39,314 nucleotides of DNA. It comes from a virus. Taxonomy: Duplodnaviria; Caudoviricetes. Positions 33,572-39,314 of the stretch are shown in pieces; within the stretch, counting starts at the first letter, position 1, and the number at the start of each line of letters is the position of its first letter. The notes beneath the pieces were generated by a model that searched no databases, was not told where the DNA came from, and saw nothing but the letters and a program-made list of their open reading frames with translations. The stretch is taken from IMG/VR virus record IMGVR_UViG_3300042196_000173, positions 1 through 39,314 of that record; one strand, written 5' to 3'. The translations under genes and the position numbers were made by a program.

Positions 33572-33748
33572 ATGACCCACAAAACCGTGCAATGTAAAAA
33601 ATGCCAGTACACGTGGATTTCACGCGTTGCCACCCCGAAACGATGCCCTTACTGCATGGCCTGGCAAATGCGCCTAAAATCGAATTTAAAGCCCGTTGCA
33701 AGCGAAACGGCGGAACCTTCACCACCTGAAAGGAGCCAACCCCAATGA
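33572..33748 (+). CDS. Zinc-ribbon protein (possible regulator)
   Basis: CKKCQYTWISR..PKRCPYC..W; probably leaderless. Confidence 0.65.
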   Translation: MTHKTVQCKKCQYTWISRVATPKRCPYCMAWQMRLKSNLKPVASETAEPSPPERSQPQ

Positions 33749-33951
33749 AACCCCTGCATATTGACAGCGCGGAGTGCCTCTGCCCAGTCTGCCAAAAAAC
33801 ACGACAGGCTCGAAAAGACGGCTCTATTTGGGGCATGGTGGACAAAAACGCAGTCACCTTCGCCGCTTGCGCTACCCAAATTTTTCCAGCCGCCTTGGCG
33901 GAACTCCACCTGATCAAAAATAAGCCCCACCTGAGCCGCTTATGGAAGTAA
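33745..33951 (+). CDS. Hypothetical protein
   Basis: AAGGAG SD; ATGA coupling; H..CLCPVC. Confidence 0.55.
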   Translation: MKPLHIDSAECLCPVCQKTRQARKDGSIWGMVDKNAVTFAACATQIFPAALAELHLIKNKPHLSRLWK

Positions 33952-34040
33952 TCTGGGTGGAACTAAAAAATGCGGCAGGAATCTGGCAGGTGCTATCACG
34001 CCTCCGAAAAGAACCTTTGCTACGATGCTTGTGCGGATGA
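33942..34040 (+). CDS. Micro-protein (32 aa, MEVIWVELK...)
   Basis: Fills the gap; ends in an ATGA overlap. Confidence 0.4.
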   Translation: MEVIWVELKNAAGIWQVLSRLRKEPLLRCLCG

Positions 34041-34165
34041 ACCCCATGTGTCCCATATGCCTTCTCCGACATTCCCCTCACTGCAAGCCTTTTGCATGGG
34101 GTTGGATTGCTGCCTTCGCTATTTCCGCGGCATTCTGGATTGGTATCTGGAGACTTTTTAAGTGA
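34037..34165 (+). CDS. Small membrane protein (42 aa)
   Basis: ATGA and GTGA overlaps at both ends; CPIC..H..C then TM FAWGWIAAFAISAAFWIGIW. Confidence 0.55.
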   Translation: MNPMCPICLLRHSPHCKPFAWGWIAAFAISAAFWIGIWRLFK

Positions 34166-34383
34166 GAATCACGGCCACTGAAAACTATTTTGACAACCCC
34201 TGCGATTTGCAGGACTGCCAACGCCATTACTGCCATGAATGCCGTTTACTTTGGCTTGATTGCGACACCGCACGATCCGACCATGACGGCTCGGGCCGCA
34301 AACTATGGCATTTGGGCGACTGTCCCTCCTGTGAGTCTGAAAGCAGGATAAAAACCCATGAACGTCAGTTATCTAAACCTTAA
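34162..34383 (+). CDS. Cys/His-rich early protein
   Basis: Several CxxC motifs; coupled. Confidence 0.5.
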   Translation: MRITATENYFDNPCDLQDCQRHYCHECRLLWLDCDTARSDHDGSGRKLWHLGDCPSCESESRIKTHERQLSKP

Positions 34384-34543
34384 ACTTTACGCCTGGAACC
34401 GCTGGAAAGAAAGCCTCGAATTGGCACATGACTACGAAGGGGAAGAGCAAGTTTATTGGCGCAATCTTTGCGCCATGGCCCTTCGTGACTACGAAATATA
34501 TTCCGCGCTCTACGCCAACGAAATTAAAACGAGGACCCTATGA
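34358..34543 (+). CDS. Hypothetical protein
   Basis: AGGA SD; ATGA coupling. Confidence 0.55.
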   Translation: MNVSYLNLKLYAWNRWKESLELAHDYEGEEQVYWRNLCAMALRDYEIYSALYANEIKTRTL

Positions 34544-34755
34544 TCCCGAAAAACCTTCCTTCTGAGTCCGACAAGGATTTAAACCGGATGATCAATGCAG
34601 ACATCGATTTTGAAGAGCATGAGAAAGGGTTGCGCACTTGTCCCGTTTGCGACCAAGCGACCACTCAGTCCTTTAAGCACGGACTTTGCAGAGACTGTCA
34701 CGACTTCGAAGCCAGCGATTGCGAAGAGTGCCACCCTTTGAGGAGAAAACCATGA
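34540..34755 (+). CDS. Cys-rich early protein
   Basis: GAGG SD; CPVC, CRDC, CEEC. Confidence 0.55.
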   Translation: MIPKNLPSESDKDLNRMINADIDFEEHEKGLRTCPVCDQATTQSFKHGLCRDCHDFEASDCEECHPLRRKP

Positions 34756-34919
34756 CAAGAGAAAAAGCCTACGAACTTCTTGAAGCGATCAAAGAACTTA
34801 AAGTCTGCAAAAAACGACTCAAAAATTATTCAATAGCCCTTGATGACGTTATCATTGATAGCGATGTAGAAATTTATCTGCGAGGCGTTGTAGAAGCGGG
34901 GGTAAACGAAGATGCTTAA
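34752..34919 (+). CDS. Hypothetical protein (55 aa, MTREKAYELL...)
   Basis: GAGGAG SD; ATGA coupling. Confidence 0.55.
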   Translation: MTREKAYELLEAIKELKVCKKRLKNYSIALDDVIIDSDVEIYLRGVVEAGVNEDA

Positions 34920-35787
34920 AGGGATCAAGCCGGAGATTATCAAAGCTAGCAAGCCAAAGTTCATGCTATCAGGGAAAGCGGGGACGGGCAAGACCATGTT
35001 CTCTTTAAACTTTCCGAATGTTTACTTGATCGATACTGAAATGGGGGCCACTCGTGAGCAATACGTCAAGAAACTCCAGCAGGAAGGCGGGGCGTACCTC
35101 GGGCCGCAACAAGGTTCACAGGACTTCCGAGAAGTTATTAACCAAGTTCGAGAACTCGCTACGACAAGCCATCCATACAAAACGTTGGTTATTGACAGTT
35201 TCTCCAAACTCTATAATCTTGAATGCGCTGCCGCTGAAGAGCGCGTCGGTAGTGATTTCGGAAAAGACAAACGCGAAGCTAATAAACCGACTCGACAACT
35301 TATTAGATGGCTTGAAAGACTTGATCTGTCCGTGGTGCTTATCTGCCACCAGAAAGACAAATGGGAAAGACGCGAACGAGAATTAATCATGGCAGGCAGT
35401 ACCTTCGATGGTTTCCCCAAAATGGAGTATGACCTCGACCTCTGGCTTGAAACAAAGCTCACGGGAAACAAGCGTTACGCCACGGTAGTTAAAAGCCGTA
35501 TCGATTCCTTCCCAGTCGGAACAGACATTGATCTCGACTTCAAGACATTTGAGAAGCTCTATGGAGCCGCCATCGTGGAAGGCCCCGTCAAAGCCATCAC
35601 GCTTGCCACCGCAGACCAAGTAGCCGAAATAGTTCGGATCGTGGAACTTCTGAAAATGCCGGAGGAGGATTGCGACAAATGGCTATCGAAAGCGCAAGCG
35701 GTCGAATGGGCCGACTTGAGCCAGGATAACGCCGTCAAATTTTTAGATTGGCTGAATAAAAAGATGAAAGGTGAGGTCTCCAAATGA
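34912..35787 (+). CDS. AAA_24 / Sak4-like ATPase (single-strand annealing recombinase)
   Basis: GKAGTGKT Walker A; LIDTEMG; TLVIDS Walker B; VLICH; KSR; adjacent to an SSB-like gene. Confidence 0.8.
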   Translation: MLKGIKPEIIKASKPKFMLSGKAGTGKTMFSLNFPNVYLIDTEMGATREQYVKKLQQEGGAYLGPQQGSQDFREVINQVRELATTSHPYKTLVIDSFSKLYNLECAAAEERVGSDFGKDKREANKPTRQLIRWLERLDLSVVLICHQKDKWERRERELIMAGSTFDGFPKMEYDLDLWLETKLTGNKRYATVVKSRIDSFPVGTDIDLDFKTFEKLYGAAIVEGPVKAITLATADQVAEIVRIVELLKMPEEDCDKWLSKAQAVEWADLSQDNAVKFLDWLNKKMKGEVSK

Positions 35788-36152
35788 GCCGCGAATATAC
35801 AAATACAAACTCCGATAGAAACAGCGAACCGATTCCTGATGGGCGCAGAACATTCCGCGTTCTTTCTGTTCGCAAGTATATGAAAGGACAAACGGAAATG
35901 TATTTCTGGGAACTTAAATACGACGAAGGCGAAGGAACGCAATTACTCCTGCCAAATATGATGGGCGAATTGTTGCGTCTATTGGGAGCAAAAGAAACTG
36001 AAAAGGGCGAGTTTGATTGGGAAACAGACTTAATGCAAGGGAAATACTTCGATGCAAGCGTTTCGCATGGAGTGGATAAAAAGGGCATCATGCGACAGTC
36101 TATGACAGAGTTTGCGCCATCTAAAGAAAAAACAGACGATATTCCTTTCTAA
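35784..36152 (+). CDS. Single-stranded DNA-binding-like protein
   Basis: Acidic C-terminal DDIPF tail; beta-rich; follows the Sak4-like gene. Confidence 0.7.
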   Translation: MSREYTNTNSDRNSEPIPDGRRTFRVLSVRKYMKGQTEMYFWELKYDEGEGTQLLLPNMMGELLRLLGAKETEKGEFDWETDLMQGKYFDASVSHGVDKKGIMRQSMTEFAPSKEKTDDIPF

Positions 36153-36590
36153 ATGGCGTCTCCTCTTGAGCGTTCCAAAACGGAACTGGAAAGCCAGGGT
36201 TATATCGTATGGAAGGTAGAACAGGAAGCGAGCCGCTATAAGCCAACGCTTGATCTTTTCAATTGCATTGATTTAGTAGCGATTCGTTCTGATCTTGCAG
36301 GAGTAATGGGAATCCAATGTTGTGGAGAAGATATCATGCCTCATGTCCATAAAATCATGGAAGGATATACTGTTGATAAGCTTAAAAAGATAGAAGGAAA
36401 AAGTACTATCGTGCAAGCGATTATCCCGCCTAATCCATATCTTAAAACATGGCTAGAAGCTCATAATACGTTTTTTATCTGGGGCTGGCGATTGCGTAAG
36501 CATGAAGGGACTAAGTCTACTTACCAACTTCGCGAAATAGAATTTTTACTTCAAGACGGAAAAGTAATCTGCCAAGAAATAACATCATGA
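36153..36590 (+). CDS. PD-(D/E)xK-type nuclease / Holliday-junction resolvase-like
   Basis: LESQGYIVWKVE..DLFNCIDLVAI..GIQC..W..WGWR. Confidence 0.65.
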   Translation: MASPLERSKTELESQGYIVWKVEQEASRYKPTLDLFNCIDLVAIRSDLAGVMGIQCCGEDIMPHVHKIMEGYTVDKLKKIEGKSTIVQAIIPPNPYLKTWLEAHNTFFIWGWRLRKHEGTKSTYQLREIEFLLQDGKVICQEITS

Positions 36591-36643
36591 CCCGCCTAGA
36601 ACGCCATCTTTATGAAGCTCTTTGCGACGTAATGGACTATCTC
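36574..36643 (+). repeat. Diverged ~70-bp direct repeat, copy 1
   Basis: aagaaataacatcATGACCCG identical to 38808-38828, followed by mostly synonymous divergence. Confidence 0.9.
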
Positions 36644-36781
36644 GGTCCAGGGAAATCTAAGATTACTAAAGAACAATACCCCGACTTGATGAATCGCCTA
36701 AGAAAAGCGAAATTCCACGCCGAACAAATGAATCTTGTCGAAACTTCGAAAACTACATGGCAACCAAAGAACTTTTTTTAA
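36587..36781 (+). CDS. Hypothetical protein with MTRLERxLYEALCDVMDYL N-terminus (soluble form)
   Basis: ATGA coupling; shares 18 of the first 19 aa with 38821-38991. Confidence 0.7.
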   Translation: MTRLERHLYEALCDVMDYLGPGKSKITKEQYPDLMNRLRKAKFHAEQMNLVETSKTTWQPKNFF

Positions 36782-37689
36782 TCTGCGCTCTAGCGATTCC
36801 TGGCGGATCATTTACGCATCCTAAAATGAATCCTAATAATTTTGATATTTATCGACTGTTCTGCGAAGTCCTGTCGAAAGAATATTTTGGCAGATATCCG
36901 CGCGTTCTTCTCATCAAAAACAGAACCACCCAAAGCGTAAACGGCGAATCGGTGCGGGCCCTTGAAAACCATCCCCCATGGAAAAGTCGTTCCTTTGACG
37001 CGATCCTACGTCTTGAGCCTTACCAGCAATCTCTTGCTGTCTTCCACCGCTTGTCGCTTTATGCCATAGACCGGACCTTAAAGATTCCAGGATTTTTTAT
37101 AGCCGACATTCGGTTTCACCCCGTGATGGCGGGAACTTTTGAGGCGTTGGGCTACCAGAAGATTCCTGCTGTTCTCTACCGTTACAGTTTATTCGGAAAG
37201 TTCAAACCCAAAGGTCCTCTGATATTCCAAGAGACCCTTCCGACCATGATCTACTCAAGCGTCGTTGGAAGACCATCCAGATTGTTTCAGTTTTTAAATG
37301 TTTATCTCAAGTATAATATCGGAAGGGAACCGCGCCTGCTTTACAGCGAATCCTCCACGCATTTTCAGCGGTTTAATTTGAAGTACCTTATAGAAGCTAG
37401 CGAACTGCGCCCTCCTTGGAAAACAGCGGCTTTCGACATCGTGATGCGGGTCCGCGAGTTTCATAAAAACGACTACTTTTTAAATCGCCAGATCATAAAA
37501 GCCTTTGACAGGGTACTAAGCACTCAGGGTTTTTTCATCGTGGACATTCGTAAAGTGCCAGAACTCGCAGAATTTTTTAAACAGCTTGGCTACCGAAAGA
37601 CCCCCTTTCAGTTTAACGACTACACCATTTTTCAGAAGTGGTTCCGTCACATCCCGATGAACTATCGGCCTCTTTATGCCTCAGCTTAG
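36757..37689 (+). CDS. Protein with two tandem degenerate methyltransferase-like domains
   Basis: Internal duplication PPWK..FD...D R.L..GFFI.DIR..P..F..LGY.K.P. Confidence 0.55.
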   Translation: MATKELFLICALAIPGGSFTHPKMNPNNFDIYRLFCEVLSKEYFGRYPRVLLIKNRTTQSVNGESVRALENHPPWKSRSFDAILRLEPYQQSLAVFHRLSLYAIDRTLKIPGFFIADIRFHPVMAGTFEALGYQKIPAVLYRYSLFGKFKPKGPLIFQETLPTMIYSSVVGRPSRLFQFLNVYLKYNIGREPRLLYSESSTHFQRFNLKYLIEASELRPPWKTAAFDIVMRVREFHKNDYFLNRQIIKAFDRVLSTQGFFIVDIRKVPELAEFFKQLGYRKTPFQFNDYTIFQKWFRHIPMNYRPLYASA

Positions 37690-37699
37690 GAGATTCACC

Positions 37700-37984
37700 A
37701 TGTGGACATTATTGATGTTGCTGTTGGCCGCAAATGCCGTGGCGTGCCCGAAAGGAAGCAGTGAATATCGCGGGGAGTGCGTATTAGACATAGAGCCAGA
37801 AAAGCCGCCTACCGTGAAGCCCGACAATGTGAAGCGTCCTGAACGCGGAACGCCCACTTACATGACCGGCGAGGTCAATCTCTTTAACGCCCCGAACCTG
37901 CGCGACCAGGATGAAAAACAGGACCAAGAAAAAGCTCAAGCGGAGCAGTCTGGGAAGCGTGCGGCGGGGTTGTTGTCGAGGTGA
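37700..37984 (+). CDS. Putative exported protein or lipoprotein
   Basis: AGGAG SD; MWTLLMLLLAANAVA|CPKG..GECV. Confidence 0.65.
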   Translation: MWTLLMLLLAANAVACPKGSSEYRGECVLDIEPEKPPTVKPDNVKRPERGTPTYMTGEVNLFNAPNLRDQDEKQDQEKAQAEQSGKRAAGLLSR

Positions 37985-38027
37985 TACTAATTTGCCAATA
38001 TTTCAGTAGTAATTAGTAATTGAGAAA

Positions 38028-38291
38028 ATGAGCGAATTGGATAAACAGTATCAAGCTACTGATCCAAAAATATTGAGGGAAGAAATTATGGACGGTCGTA
38101 TTCCTAAAAATGAACGCGAATGGTGGGCTAAAAAAGAGATTGAAAAACTTGAATCCGACCTCTCCTCCCTCCGCGAGAAATTGAAAGAGGTGGAAGCGCG
38201 GCAAAAAGGAACCGCCGTCATCGTTGACAAGGGGCGGGGAACTGCCCTCAAGGCGCGTCCCGAATGGCTCGATGAAAAGGAGGAGGTATGA
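38028..38291 (+). CDS. Coiled-coil hypothetical protein
   Basis: ATGA coupling to the next gene. Confidence 0.6.
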   Translation: MSELDKQYQATDPKILREEIMDGRIPKNEREWWAKKEIEKLESDLSSLREKLKEVEARQKGTAVIVDKGRGTALKARPEWLDEKEEV

Positions 38292-38587
38292 AGAACTTCG
38301 AAGACATGGGGATTATTGAAATGGCTAAAACCCTGGGGGAAATGGGAGATCAAATAAAAAATGACGACCTATGCAAAAAGCACGGAATTATGGTTTGCGA
38401 GCCTTGCGCTTATGAAAAAGGCTTTTCCGAGGGCATAACTAAGGCGGCGAGTATGGCGGAAAATACTTGGGACTATATACCACAAGAAACATGGGATGAA
38501 GGATTTGAACCAGACTATGAATTAACACAAAAGATTGCGGCAGAGCGTATTCTCGCCCTGCGTCCAGAAAGCGAGGGAAAGAAGTGA
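38288..38587 (+). CDS. Hypothetical protein
   Basis: AGGAGGAGG SD; C..H..CEPC; AAERILAL. Confidence 0.65.
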   Translation: MKNFEDMGIIEMAKTLGEMGDQIKNDDLCKKHGIMVCEPCAYEKGFSEGITKAASMAENTWDYIPQETWDEGFEPDYELTQKIAAERILALRPESEGKK

Positions 38588-38807
38588 GCTTCACGGATGA
38601 GCAGGAGAAAGTCAAGGCGGCGGCGGAGGGAAAAGAAGCGGCGGGGATTAAGTGAGACGATTTGGCGGTGTGTTAAAACAGTCCAAGGTGGGGAAACTCG
38701 CCTGTACGTGAAGACAATCGGCCATGTGAGAGTCACGAGTAAACATGGACATCCCGCCTTCGATTGGGCCGTTCAGTAAACTGCAAAGGCGTGTAGGCCG
38801 CGAGGGG

Positions 38808-38877
38808 AAGAAATAACATCATGACCCGATTGGAACGCGAACTCTACGAAGCCCTCTGCGATGTAATGGATTATCTG
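38808..38877 (+). repeat. Diverged ~70-bp direct repeat, copy 2
   Basis: Matches 36574-36643. Confidence 0.9.
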
Positions 38878-38991
38878 CCTGTTATAAATTTCTTGGTATT
38901 TTCTGCAATTCCTACCGTAGCCGGTGTAATCGCCGGCACAATCATCAGCTACTTGGTCGCATTTATCTTTGGGCGAGAAAATGAGCCGTAG
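38821..38991 (+). CDS. Small membrane protein with MTRLERELYEALCDVMDYL N-terminus (56 aa), absent from the ORF track
   Basis: Manual translation; C-terminal hydrophobic run INFLVFSAIPTVAGVIAGTIISYLVAFIF. Confidence 0.7.
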   Translation: MTRLERELYEALCDVMDYLPVINFLVFSAIPTVAGVIAGTIISYLVAFIFGRENEP

Positions 38992-39130
38992 CGAAAAATT
39001 CTGGCTTTGTTGTCTTGTTATTTTACCGCATTTTCAGCCGGTTAATGATCTATCAACAATTGTCCTATTAATCGCTCTTTTAGCTGTTGCGGCTAGTTTT
39101 ATTCTTTGTAGATCGAAAAAATCAGATTAG
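38981..39130 (+). CDS. Small membrane protein (49 aa, MSRSEKFWLCCLV...)
   Basis: TM IVLLIALLAVAASFILC; its stop overlaps the stop of the convergent ORF. Confidence 0.5.
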   Translation: MSRSEKFWLCCLVILPHFQPVNDLSTIVLLIALLAVAASFILCRSKKSD

Positions 39131-39314
39131 TATCGAAAATTATTTATCGTCAACGAATAAACAGGAAGATACGTTCTAAACCGCCTCCATCTCGATTTAG
39201 CTTTTTGATACCACGATTTATATACCTTCGGTTCTCTAGTCTTTCTACGAGATAAGCTGCCTCTCGCCTCGGTAGGCGTACAAGGTTGCCAATTTCCAGC
39301 GCTATCTTTCCAGA
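39127..39314 (-). CDS. 3' part of a 63-aa basic ORF spanning the circular junction (starts at ATG 131)
   Basis: MFWKDSAGNWQ...NNFRY*; ATG abuts the holin TAG and the frame stays open across the junction. Confidence 0.45.
   Translation of the reverse strand, partial: WKDSAGNWQPCTPTEARGSLSRRKTREPKVYKSWYQKAKSRWRRFRTYLPVYSLTINNFRY
39188..39314. repeat. 127-bp terminal direct repeat, right copy
   Basis: Identical to 1-127. Confidence 0.95.

Noticed and set aside
33970-34161. 63-aa ORF from the track
   Set aside because: Two alternative ORFs (33942-34040 and 34037-34165) tile the region with ATGA/GTGA overlaps, and one encodes a clean TM segment.
38597-38779. Arg-rich 60-aa ORF
   Set aside because: No SD, not coupled to neighbours and low complexity. 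It may be real but cannot be supported from the sequence alone.
1-39314. Alternative genetic code
   Set aside because: Core genes are full length under the standard code, and TAA, TAG and TGA all serve as stops at coupled gene junctions.

Overview
This window looks like a complete, circularly assembled genome (39,187 bp unique) of a podovirus-type tailed dsDNA phage. Positions 1-127 repeat exactly at 39188-39314. The minus strand carries a replication initiator with iterons, terS, terL, portal, scaffold, major capsid, decoration proteins, adaptor and nozzle, fibres, ejection proteins and lysis genes. The plus strand carries an early arm with small Zn-finger ORFs, a Sak4/AAA_24-type ATPase, an SSB-like protein and a PD-(D/E)xK nuclease. 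I see no integrase, DNA polymerase, reverse transcriptase, tRNA or CRISPR array. The main points of interest are: (1) about six late genes, four of them fibre/adhesin-like, begin with Sec-type signal peptides, and one is paired with a 73-aa 'anchor-only' fibre gene, suggesting fibres that are exported and docked onto the virion later; (2) modification enzymes are embedded in the morphogenesis operon, namely three glycosyltransferases after the capsid genes, a B12-binding radical SAM enzyme coupled to terL, and a PurD-fold ATP-grasp ligase with remodelled substrate motifs heading the signal-peptide cluster; (3) a dif-like Xer site between terS and terL; (4) a duplicated 19-codon N-terminal module bracketing a ~2.2 kb early cassette; (5) several structured intergenic leaders and a shared 14-mer upstream of structural genes. 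All calls come from manual motif reading, and no database searches were run.
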